A DNA stretch of 64,000 nucleotides from an uncultured Bacteroidaceae bacterium (GTDB lineage: Bacteria; Bacteroidota; Bacteroidia; Bacteroidales; P3), in assembly GCA_964584745.1 (NCBI GenBank), contig CAZPBB010000001.1:55-64054 (forward strand), given 5' to 3'. Under the pieces are notes generated by a model that saw only the letters and a list, made by a program, of their open reading frames with translations, made no database searches and had not been told where the DNA came from. Positions within the stretch are counted from its first letter, which is position 1, and every line of letters begins with the position of its first letter. Below, piece after piece: positions 26,356 through 34,959 of the stretch. A program made the translations under genes and the position numbers.

Positions 26356-27264
26356 TTAATTTCTGTAATAATCGTAATCGCGGTCTTTGTCATTGCGTTT
26401 GAAGATGAGGCTCAGGCGTATCTGATGCGATAGGAACTGCGTGCCGGCGCGTTGGATCCGGAAAGCCGTGAAGCCGCATTGGTAACCTAATTCCACCGCC
26501 TCCTTGATGTGGACGGAGGCACCGAGGTGCAGCCGGTTGCGGCTGTCGTAATCCACATCGAGCCCGAGGAAGCGGAAGAAGATGCCGCTCAACCGGAGTT
26601 GCCCGTATAGGCCTTGGTAAGATCCGGCGGCGGTATAGGAACCGTATCCGGATACCGCCAAGCAGGCTTTACGAGTGGGGTCGGTGCGGTAGCCGGCGCT
26701 CACCGCCACGGGCGTTTCGGCGAAGCGCTGCGCCAGGCGCGGTGAGAACACCGACACCGAAAACCGCTCGTTATGCAGCGCAAGCCCCACCGACCCGGCG
26801 AAACGGTATCGGTTGGGGGCGAGGTCGTTCAGGAATGGGTCGCCGCCGTTTTCCAGCAACCGCGCCATATCGATATGGTCGTATTCCAACCCGGCGCCCA
26901 GAGCGGCGGTCAGATACAGGGCACCGGCACGGCGGCCGTGGCCGACCTGAAAGCGCAATCCATAGCGCAGCTGGGCGGAAAACGAATTTTCGATGTTGAA
27001 GTAGGTGTTGGAGGCACGCAGGGCGGCGAACATATAGCGTCCCGCCGCCTGAAAGGGTACGGCGATATGGAGGTCTGCATCTTTCTGGGCACCGCTGAAC
27101 CCGAGGTTATGCAGCTCCACGACGGCATCGGCGGAGGCGTGCTGCCGTTCCCCCATCGTGGCGGGGTTCAGGTGGCGCAGACGGGCATCCGATTGGGCGA
27201 GGCCTGCACCGGGCACAACAAGCAGCGCCCACAACGGCAGCAGGGCTATCTTCTTTCTCTTCAT
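26356..27264 (-). CDS. PorP/SprF-family T9SS-associated outer-membrane protein
   Basis: 302 aa. Signal peptide ends in GLAQ. LNPATMG near the N-terminus. Beta-barrel-like alternation and a C-terminal LSHQIRLSLIF motif. It sits directly downstream of the type-B CTD protein. Confidence 0.7.
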   Translation of the reverse strand: MKRKKIALLPLWALLVVPGAGLAQSDARLRHLNPATMGERQHASADAVVELHNLGFSGAQKDADLHIAVPFQAAGRYMFAALRASNTYFNIENSFSAQLRYGLRFQVGHGRRAGALYLTAALGAGLEYDHIDMARLLENGGDPFLNDLAPNRYRFAGSVGLALHNERFSVSVFSPRLAQRFAETPVAVSAGYRTDPTRKACLAVSGYGSYTAAGSYQGLYGQLRLSGIFFRFLGLDVDYDSRNRLHLGASVHIKEAVELGYQCGFTAFRIQRAGTQFLSHQIRLSLIFKRNDKDRDYDYYRN

Positions 27265-27269
27265 GGCCT

Positions 27270-28235
27270 TTATCTTAAAATGGTGAGCGTGGCGCGGCGG
27301 TACGGCTCGCCGTTCTTGGTGGTGTAGAAAACATAGTAGTAGGTGCCGGCGGGAAGCCCCTCTCCGTCGAAGTCGTTAAGATAGGGGCTCTTGTCATAGA
27401 CCGTCTTGCCGTGGGTGTTCAGCACCAGCAGGCGGCTGTCGGGGTAGTTCTTGGCCGTTGGGACTTCGAAGCAGTCGTTGATGCCGTCGCCGTTGGGCGT
27501 GATGGCCGCCGGAAAGTAGATGGAGGGCTCCTCAAACGCCGTCAGAGCCTCCACGCGCGGCAGGGCGGTGGCGGAAAGGAGGCCGTCGGCATAGGTACTC
27601 GCTTCGGCGGGACGGAAGTTCTCGTCCTGGTAGGTGCTGTAGTAGAGGTAGGGACGGGCCAGGTCGCCGCGGTGGTTGTCGGGCAGGGACATGGCGGCGG
27701 CACGCAGGGGAACGGCTTGCTCGAGCAGCAGCACCCGGTCGGCGGAGGCTTTGCCCTGCCGGTAGGAGGGGCGGAAAGCCAGCGAGAGCGTCTGTGTGTG
27801 CGCCTCGTCCGCCTGCAAGGAAAAACCAAGGCCTGTCTCGATGGACAGGGCCGGCGAGAGGCTTACCTGTTTGGTAAGCAGGCTGCCGTTGGAGGACGTG
27901 AGTTCGCCGCCTGTTTCGTACAGGTTGCCGCCGAGGGCAGCAGTGGCGAGCAGATCGGAAATACCCTCCACGCAGTAGAGGTTGGCCGCTTCGGACAAGT
28001 AGAGGTCGTTGCCGCCGTACAGGCGCAGGTTGCTCACCGCCGGCATATGTAGCACGGTGCGGGTCAAATCCATATAAGACAGGGGCGATACTTGCAGGCT
28101 GTCGGCTTCCGCTTCCATGCCCGAGAGGCAGAGGGCGGTGTGGTCGCCCACAGACACCGGGAGCGTGATGCGCAGCTGGGCGTAAGCTGTGGCTGTGGCG
28201 ATGGCTAAGAGGCAGGAGAAGAGGATTCTTTTCAT
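27270..28235 (-). CDS. T9SS type-B sorting-domain (gliding-motility-associated C-terminal domain) protein
   Basis: The ATG at 28235 (MKRILFSCLL) is 1 nt after the upstream stop. C-terminus: ITPNGDGINDCFEVP ... LLVLNTHGKTVYDKS ... LPAGTYYYVFY ... ATLTILR. Confidence 0.8.
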   Translation of the reverse strand: MKRILFSCLLAIATATAYAQLRITLPVSVGDHTALCLSGMEAEADSLQVSPLSYMDLTRTVLHMPAVSNLRLYGGNDLYLSEAANLYCVEGISDLLATAALGGNLYETGGELTSSNGSLLTKQVSLSPALSIETGLGFSLQADEAHTQTLSLAFRPSYRQGKASADRVLLLEQAVPLRAAAMSLPDNHRGDLARPYLYYSTYQDENFRPAEASTYADGLLSATALPRVEALTAFEEPSIYFPAAITPNGDGINDCFEVPTAKNYPDSRLLVLNTHGKTVYDKSPYLNDFDGEGLPAGTYYYVFYTTKNGEPYRRATLTILR

Positions 28236-28236
28236 G

Positions 28237-30441
28237 TTAGTAGTGGCAATAGGATTTAGACTTGATGATGAAATAGACCGCATGGAAAGGAGGACGGTTC
28301 TCGTGGGATTGGCTGCCGCCGGTCTCTCCGAGGAAGGTGTTGGTGTAATGTCCATTTGTAAGATTGGTGGTTCTTTCCTCTTCTGTAAGTACTGGAGGCC
28401 AACAAGCTCCACCGCCCCCAATTTGGTTTACTTTCCTTGAACGATAGACCTTATGACGATGTTTAGGCATCTGGTCGATGGTCAGGGTCACTTCTTTTGC
28501 GCCACCGGTGGCACCGTTGACATACTGTTCCAGTTCGGAGTTGCCGTTGTCGATGCCGGCGTTGACCGCTACGGGAAAGCGGTTCTGCATTTGGGTGAAG
28601 TAGCACCAGCCGGCGGCTTTCATTTCCTGGGTCAGTCCATTTCTACCGGTAATCAGTACCGTGCCTTCGGGATAGGCGGTGGTGGTGGCGGCCTGGTAGG
28701 CTTGATCCATCGCCTTGAGGTTGCCTACCGTCGGGATACGGTTCGAGGCGCTGGGTGTGCCGGGTGGGTACGGGGTATTTTCCGAGAGCAGCAATCCGCT
28801 GGGGAAGACCGCGTTGCCTTTCAGGTGTAGGGAGGGTTCGTCCCAGCTGCCGACCACATCGTTCGGGCAGCGGTCTTCGGAATAGTTGCCGGTACCTTTG
28901 TAGAAGTTATGGATGTCGGTGTAGGCTTCCTTCTCCTCAACGGATACATGCACCGATTGATTGTCGGCATTCAGGTCGTACAGGTAGGTGGGGCGACCTT
29001 TCAGGTCATGGTAGCTGCCTGTGCGCGCCGCCTGCGAAAAATCGGGATGGCCGGGAACATCGTTCAGCGAACAGCTCAGCCACAGCCGCGGCCAGGAGGT
29101 GGGCGCGTTCTGGAGGTCGTTCAGCTGGTTGCTCTCGATAAAGGTCCGCTGGAAGTCGGGTTTGTCCTGCAAATCGTCGTAATTGCCTGTATAGACCACT
29201 TCCGCATAGTCGGGGCGGTCGGTGAGCAGGTTGAAATCGTTCTTTTGGGCGGCCGCGTGCAGCGTGTCTTCCAGATATTCCGCCGCCGTGTTCCAGTTGT
29301 ATTTGTCGTTCTCGCTCACCAGTTGGTAGTAGCCCGAGGCCGCGTTGATGGAGTTTGCGTAGTCGGCCAGGCTTGTCTTGATGCCGGTGGCGGCGTAGGT
29401 GTTGTATTGGTTCAGTTCGGCCTGGGTCAGGGTCTGGTGGTCGGGGTCGGTCTTGAGGTCTTTCAGCGCGGTGGCGATGACGGGCTGGTTGCGCAGGTCG
29501 TTGTAACTGCCCGAGAAGTGCCCCATGGCGGAGGCCCTGTCCCAGCGGAGGATGGCTTCGTCGCTTACCAATTGGGCGGTATAGGTCTGTTGCAGGTCGG
29601 CCAGCCGTGCCGGAATCGGGGTGGCGGCATGGTCATCCCACGCCTGCCGATCGGCCAGGGTGGTATAGAGATAGTATTCGTCGGTCTGGAAATCGCTTAC
29701 CTTGGTCGGGATGGCGGTGTTGGCGTGGGCGGTGTAGCGGGTGGCCTGTGTTTCGGTAAGCAGCCTATGCAGGCTGTCCTGTTCCAGCTCGCGCAGGGCG
29801 GAGGGCAGGTAACGTTCCGTCATGGCGTTCCACCGCGTTTTGTCGGCATCCGACACGGTGCGGTAGAACTCATCCTGTTCCGCCTCGCTCAGGCTGGTCG
29901 GTAGGTAGGGCTTCTCCGCCAGGTCTTCGTAGCGGCCCGTCACCGCCACGGCTTTGAGCCCCTGCAGGGCTTGCGGCAGTTCGGGCAGGTTCTTCAGGTC
30001 GTTGTAGTCGCCCGTGGTGGCCACCTTGGCGAACGATACCGCCTCGCCGCCCGGGGTGTTGTCGGGCAGGGTGGGGCGGTTGGCCAGGTCGTTGTAGTTG
30101 CCCGTCACGGCCACGGTGGCGAACCGCAGCTGGCGGCCGGTATCGGACAGCACGATGGAGGGATTGAGGTATATCCACTGCCCGCCGTCCCAGCTGTAGA
30201 GGCCGGCGAGGGAATCGGTCTGATAGACCAGCAGCCCCTCGCAGATAGCGTCCGTCCGCAGGAGGTTTCTTTGGGCGGCGGTCAGACGGGGCAGCAGGAT
30301 GCCTTTTTGGGTGGAACGGATTTCCACGGCCGCCGCGTGGGGCGGCGTGATATGGCTGGTGCCGTCGGCGTTGAAGCCGATTTGCTGGGCAAGGGCGGCA
30401 AAGGGGAGGAAGCCGATAAGGAAGAGGAGTATCTTTTTCAT
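28237..30441 (-). CDS. secreted tail-fibre-like protein with C-terminal phage tail-collar-type domain (paralog 3)
   Basis: ATG at 30441 (MKKILLFLIGFLPFAALAQQ). Conserved N-domain. (T/S)GxYxDLxN(R/L)P repeats. C-terminal PEGTVL...AGWCYF...RFPV...GGAKEVTLTIDQMPKHRH...HENRPPFHAVYFI. Confidence 0.85.
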   Translation of the reverse strand: MKKILLFLIGFLPFAALAQQIGFNADGTSHITPPHAAAVEIRSTQKGILLPRLTAAQRNLLRTDAICEGLLVYQTDSLAGLYSWDGGQWIYLNPSIVLSDTGRQLRFATVAVTGNYNDLANRPTLPDNTPGGEAVSFAKVATTGDYNDLKNLPELPQALQGLKAVAVTGRYEDLAEKPYLPTSLSEAEQDEFYRTVSDADKTRWNAMTERYLPSALRELEQDSLHRLLTETQATRYTAHANTAIPTKVSDFQTDEYYLYTTLADRQAWDDHAATPIPARLADLQQTYTAQLVSDEAILRWDRASAMGHFSGSYNDLRNQPVIATALKDLKTDPDHQTLTQAELNQYNTYAATGIKTSLADYANSINAASGYYQLVSENDKYNWNTAAEYLEDTLHAAAQKNDFNLLTDRPDYAEVVYTGNYDDLQDKPDFQRTFIESNQLNDLQNAPTSWPRLWLSCSLNDVPGHPDFSQAARTGSYHDLKGRPTYLYDLNADNQSVHVSVEEKEAYTDIHNFYKGTGNYSEDRCPNDVVGSWDEPSLHLKGNAVFPSGLLLSENTPYPPGTPSASNRIPTVGNLKAMDQAYQAATTTAYPEGTVLITGRNGLTQEMKAAGWCYFTQMQNRFPVAVNAGIDNGNSELEQYVNGATGGAKEVTLTIDQMPKHRHKVYRSRKVNQIGGGGACWPPVLTEEERTTNLTNGHYTNTFLGETGGSQSHENRPPFHAVYFIIKSKSYCHY

Positions 30442-30448
30442 AGGATTG

Positions 30449-32602
30449 TTATTTATTGGAACGGCAGGCGTCTTTGCTTTTCTTGAGGATATAGAGGGCG
30501 AAGTAGGGGGGACGGTTCTCGTGGGCTTGGTTGCCGCCGACGGGTATGATGGCAATGTCAGAATAAATAGTACTGTTTTCATTCCCATTTCTACCTGGAA
30601 TACGAGATAAATATCCTGTTCCTCCATCTTTCACACGCACCTTTATTGTATTATTAGCGGTCTCATGTATATGTGCCGGCAGTTCCTTGCCGGTCAACAC
30701 GTGTGTTTCCTCGCCGCCGGTGGCACCGAGGCTGCCGAAAGTGCCGTTGCCCAATCCTACGGGAAAACGTCCGGCGATGCCTTCCAGCGGCTCCCAGCAG
30801 TCGGGAATGCCCGTATTGTTGACATCATACCAGAAGATGATGCTGCCCTCCGGCACCAAGGCATCGGCGAAGGAATCGACGGTGGCCTGGGCTTTCTTGT
30901 CCAGTTCGGCGGCGAGCTTGAAGGTGGCGATGGCCTCGGGATTGTCGGGATGGTAGTTGCCGGTGCTGATGGTGGGCTGTCCTTGCAGGATGATGCCCCC
31001 TTTCAATTTCAGTTTTTTGTAAGAACCTTGGAAATCACTGCCGGAGCGGGCGGCTGTGCTGTTGAGCGTGGAGTGAAGCTCCTGCAGGTTGTCGTGCAAG
31101 GTCTTGGAGACATGCACGGCATAGGTGTTTTCCTTGTAGTGGCTCATCTTTCCAAATTCGGCCGCATCGTCCAGATCGTCGAAGTTGCCCGTCACGGCTA
31201 CCTTGGTATACTCAGGTGTGTCGGCCAGTTGCTGGAAGGTGATGCTGTCGCGGCCTTTGTAGAGTTCATCCGGGCGGCCGTTCAGGTCTTCGTAGCGGCC
31301 CGTCACCGCCACGGGGGCCCAGGTGGGATAGTCGGTCGACAGGGAGTTGATGTACTCGAACTTGCCCGTGGTGGCCAAATCCTTGCTGTAGACTTGGTAT
31401 TTGTACGAAGACGGCAGGTCTTCGTAGCTGCCCGTGCGGGCGGCGCGGGAAATAGCCGGATACTCGCGGGCGGCACCCGCGTTCCAGTTGTTCACCTGGC
31501 GGGTGGTGGGTATCTGATGGTCGGCATCCGACACCAGGTCGGTGAGGTAAGGGCGCGACACACGCCCCGTCATGGAACTCCACCGCGCCTTGTCGTCGGC
31601 CGAAACGGTCTGATAGAAATCGTCGCTCAGGATTTGAGAGAGCGAATCGGGAATGACGGGGGTATTGACCAAATCGTTGTAATCGCCGCTGAAACCTACG
31701 GCGGTAACGCTCGCGTCCCAGGAGGAGGCTTCCTGTTCGGTCACGATAAGGTGGCTGTAGTCGGTGGCGAGGTCGGACACATAGACCGGGATATGGCGGT
31801 TGGCGGCTTCGGTAAAGGTGGCGATCTGGGTGTGGGTGAGGGTGCGGTGCGCGCTGTCCTGGATCAGTTCGCGCAGTTGGGTCGGGATATACCGGTCGGC
31901 GGCGGCTTCCCAACGCCGTATGTCGGCATCGGTGACGCTCTGATGCGTGTAGTCTTCGCTCAGGTCGGCAATCCGGGTCGGCACGGCCTGCCGGGTGGCA
32001 GTCTCCCATACCTTGACCGTGGCCGAATCGGTGAGCATGTAATACATATCGCTCTCAAAGTCCTTCAAGTGGGTGCGGATTTCCGGAAATCCGCTCAAAT
32101 CGGTGTAGGAGCCGCTGTACGCCACCTGGTGCAGGGTGGGGATATCGGTAAGGATGACGGGCAGGTTCTTTAGGTCGTTGTAGTCGCCCGTCACCGCTAC
32201 GGGGGCGAAGGCCAGGGGCTCGCCGTGGCTGCCGGCAAGGATGACGGGACGGTTCTTCAAATCGTTGTAATCGCCCGAGAAAGCCACCTCGGCAAAGTTT
32301 GTTGCCGAAAGGCTGTCGCCGTTTCCGCTCCCAATCGGCATCAGGTTCATCCACGCCCGGCCGTCCCACAGATAGAAACCGGCGCGCTGGTCGGTCTGAT
32401 AGACCGTCAGCCCGGCCAGCGTGGAGTCGGCGGCGAGCAGGCATTTCTGGGCATAGGTCATACGGGGGATCAGGATGCCTTTGGGAATTTGTATATCCAC
32501 GGCCACCGCCTCGTGCTGTGGGGCGGTGCGATACCCTACCGTCATCTGGGCGGTGGCAGCAAAAGGCAGGAAACCGATAAGGAAGAGAAGTGTCTTTTTC
32601 AT
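30449..32602 (-). CDS. secreted tail-fibre-like protein with C-terminal phage tail-collar-type domain (paralog 2)
   Basis: 717 aa. Its signal peptide is nearly identical to that of paralog 3. C-terminal PEGSIIFW...DCWEPL...RFPVG...GGEETHVLTGKELPAHIH...HENRPPYFALYIL. Confidence 0.85.
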   Translation of the reverse strand: MKKTLLFLIGFLPFAATAQMTVGYRTAPQHEAVAVDIQIPKGILIPRMTYAQKCLLAADSTLAGLTVYQTDQRAGFYLWDGRAWMNLMPIGSGNGDSLSATNFAEVAFSGDYNDLKNRPVILAGSHGEPLAFAPVAVTGDYNDLKNLPVILTDIPTLHQVAYSGSYTDLSGFPEIRTHLKDFESDMYYMLTDSATVKVWETATRQAVPTRIADLSEDYTHQSVTDADIRRWEAAADRYIPTQLRELIQDSAHRTLTHTQIATFTEAANRHIPVYVSDLATDYSHLIVTEQEASSWDASVTAVGFSGDYNDLVNTPVIPDSLSQILSDDFYQTVSADDKARWSSMTGRVSRPYLTDLVSDADHQIPTTRQVNNWNAGAAREYPAISRAARTGSYEDLPSSYKYQVYSKDLATTGKFEYINSLSTDYPTWAPVAVTGRYEDLNGRPDELYKGRDSITFQQLADTPEYTKVAVTGNFDDLDDAAEFGKMSHYKENTYAVHVSKTLHDNLQELHSTLNSTAARSGSDFQGSYKKLKLKGGIILQGQPTISTGNYHPDNPEAIATFKLAAELDKKAQATVDSFADALVPEGSIIFWYDVNNTGIPDCWEPLEGIAGRFPVGLGNGTFGSLGATGGEETHVLTGKELPAHIHETANNTIKVRVKDGGTGYLSRIPGRNGNENSTIYSDIAIIPVGGNQAHENRPPYFALYILKKSKDACRSNK

Positions 32603-32616
32603 GGGTCAGTTTGGAG

Positions 32617-34959
32617 TTAGTTGTTGGGACAGTTGTCGTGGGTGTAGTAGATGAAATTGATGACGTAATAAGGAGGCAGGTTGTTGTGAGGGGCGGTGGG
32701 GTAGCCGGTGGTGAAGGGTTGTTCTCCGTAGTAGGAATATTCTCCGTTTTCTTCTCCGATGGAGTTGTAACTGACAGCTCCAATGTCTTCGTATTCGTCA
32801 TATACACGATTTGGATCAGGAGGATTGTCTGATCCGCCAGGAGAAGGAACGTTATAAGCATTGGGATTTTTATCACTCTTATGAATTACGGCTTGATGCC
32901 GATGTTTGGGCATCTGGTCGATGGTCAGGGTCACTTCTTCCGCGCCTCCCTCGGTGTTGTAATCTACTTGCGGTAGTATATAAGGGCTCATTTTCGCACC
33001 AACGGGGAATCTGCCTTGAAGTTCTGTGAACAATTTCCAGCAGCCATCGTGCACGTCTTTGCCACGGGGCGGGTCGTTGCTGCCCCACATCATCACCGTA
33101 CCCTCCGGAATGATTTCCATGTTGGCTTTGGCTTGTTCGACGGCGAGCCTGTCCAGTTCGGCGGCGATCTGTATGGTGGGAACATGGGCATCTTGGCCAG
33201 TGGAGTTGAAATATTCCGCGGCAAGAGCTTCGGGGTCTTTGTCGGGGGGGCGGATGGTCGGCACACCCTCCAAGGCGATGCCGGTGGCGAGTTTCAGGGT
33301 GTTGAAGGTGCCCTGCACGTTATGGCTGCTGTATTCGGAGGGCGCATAAAGACCGCTTTCCAGCAGGGTCTGTTTGGCCGCGCGCCAGTTGCGGCGGTCG
33401 GTGCCGCTTACATAGACGGCCTTGCCGTCGGCATCCTGCAGGAAATCGCTCAGGTATTCGGGGGTGTCGCTCATATCTTCGGCCTTGCCGCTGCTGACGA
33501 AGTTCGACAGGCTCGGTTTGTCAAAAAGCAGGTCGTTATACGACAGCGACGACAGGAAACCGCTGTTGGCGGCCTGCAGCTTCGGTACGGAGGCTTCGTC
33601 CAGGTCGGCGTAGTTGCCCGTCACCGGGGCGGTGCTGGGCGAGAAGGTGGGGCGGTTCACCAGGCTCGACCACGTGCCTTGCCGCCCGAAAGCGGAGATA
33701 GACCGGTAGTTGTCCATATGGGTGGGGTCGCCGTGCAGGATGAAGGCGTGCTCGTTGTCGTCCTCATAGGTGGGGATGGGGCGTACCGTCATCGAATCCC
33801 AGCGCGCGATCTCGGTCTGGGACACAAGACGGTAATTCATGTTGTCGTCCTTGAGCTCGCTCAGTTTGGTGGGCACCGTGCGCCGGTAGGCCGAATCCCA
33901 GTCGTCGCGTTCCTTGTAGGAGATGATCTGATGCAGTTCGTCGGTCGTGAACTGGCTCAGGTGACGGGGAATGTCGGGCAGGTCGGACAGGTCGGCATAG
34001 TTGCCGTCGAACGCCATGGCCGCCGCATGGGTCGTCCAACGATTATATTGCTGTTCGTTGATGGTGCGGTGCGTGCTGTCTTCCTCCAGATCGCGCAGCA
34101 TGGTGGGGATGGTTCTCGCGGAGGCGGCCTCCCAACGCCGTATGTCGGCATCACCCACCAGCTGCCCGAACTCGTCCCATTCCAGTTGGGCGGTATGGGT
34201 GGGGATGATGCGGGTGGCGGCCTCGTCGTAGCCGTACCGCTGCACATAGGATACGGTCTGACGGAACTCATCCGTCTCCAGGTCGGACAGGGCGGTGGGC
34301 ACCTTGCGGGCCGCGCCCGTGTTCCAATAGGCGATTTCATCGGTCGTGAGGGTGCGGTGCGCGCTGTCCTGTGCCAGCTCGCGTAACCGGGTCGGCAGAA
34401 ACGGCTTCTCCGCCAGGTCTTCGTAGTTGCCCGTATAGGCCACCCGTGCGATGTCGCCCAAGTCGGAGATGATGACAGGACGGTTGATAAGGTCGTTGTA
34501 ATCGCCGCTGGTGGCCACCTTGGCGAAGGAGGTGGTGTCGTCCTCGCTGCCGGAGGGCAGTTCCGGGCGGTTCATCAGGTCGTAATAGTCGCCGCTGTAG
34601 GCCACTTTGGCGAAAGCGAGAGGTTCGTCCGAGGTGCCGGCATCAGGTATCAGGATGGGATTGAGGAACAGCCATTGGCCGCCTTGCACCAGGTAGTAGC
34701 CCAGGTTGCGGTCGGTCTGGAACACCAGCAGGCCGTCCAAGGTGGAATCCACCTTCATCTTCATCCGCTGCATATACGTCAGCCGGGGCGTGAGCACCCC
34801 TTTGTCGGACGCCTGGATCTCGATGACCGCCGCCTCGTGCGGCGTGATATACCCTGTGCCGTCGGCGTTGAAGCCGATGCCCTGTTGGGCGTGGGCGGCC
34901 GTTCCCGGCAACAGCGGAAGGAACAGCAGGGCAAAAAGCAAGCGTTTCTCTTTATTCAT
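32617..34959 (-). CDS. secreted tail-fibre-like protein with C-terminal phage tail-collar-type domain (paralog 1)
   Basis: 780 aa. The ATG at 34957-34959 overlaps the last 8 nt of traQ. C-terminal PEGTVMMW...GCWKLF...RFPVG...GGAEEVTLTIDQMPKHRH... a long insert ...HNNLPPYYVINFI. Confidence 0.85.
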   Translation of the reverse strand: MNKEKRLLFALLFLPLLPGTAAHAQQGIGFNADGTGYITPHEAAVIEIQASDKGVLTPRLTYMQRMKMKVDSTLDGLLVFQTDRNLGYYLVQGGQWLFLNPILIPDAGTSDEPLAFAKVAYSGDYYDLMNRPELPSGSEDDTTSFAKVATSGDYNDLINRPVIISDLGDIARVAYTGNYEDLAEKPFLPTRLRELAQDSAHRTLTTDEIAYWNTGAARKVPTALSDLETDEFRQTVSYVQRYGYDEAATRIIPTHTAQLEWDEFGQLVGDADIRRWEAASARTIPTMLRDLEEDSTHRTINEQQYNRWTTHAAAMAFDGNYADLSDLPDIPRHLSQFTTDELHQIISYKERDDWDSAYRRTVPTKLSELKDDNMNYRLVSQTEIARWDSMTVRPIPTYEDDNEHAFILHGDPTHMDNYRSISAFGRQGTWSSLVNRPTFSPSTAPVTGNYADLDEASVPKLQAANSGFLSSLSYNDLLFDKPSLSNFVSSGKAEDMSDTPEYLSDFLQDADGKAVYVSGTDRRNWRAAKQTLLESGLYAPSEYSSHNVQGTFNTLKLATGIALEGVPTIRPPDKDPEALAAEYFNSTGQDAHVPTIQIAAELDRLAVEQAKANMEIIPEGTVMMWGSNDPPRGKDVHDGCWKLFTELQGRFPVGAKMSPYILPQVDYNTEGGAEEVTLTIDQMPKHRHQAVIHKSDKNPNAYNVPSPGGSDNPPDPNRVYDEYEDIGAVSYNSIGEENGEYSYYGEQPFTTGYPTAPHNNLPPYYVINFIYYTHDNCPNN

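Noticed and set aside
28909-34386. Long plus-strand ORFs (331, 502 and 456 aa) opposite the fibre genes
   Set aside because: They are Gly/Val/Ala/Arg-rich mirror ORFs with no start context or motifs. The minus-strand frames carry signal peptides, repeats and tail-collar motifs.
21765-34959. Prophage remnant, tailocin or diversity-generating retroelement as the explanation for the tail-fibre genes
   Set aside because: There are no sheath, tube, baseplate, capsid, portal or terminase genes. There is no reverse transcriptase and no template/variable repeat pair. Instead the genes are contiguous with, and overlap, the tra operon and are interleaved with T9SS-type genes.
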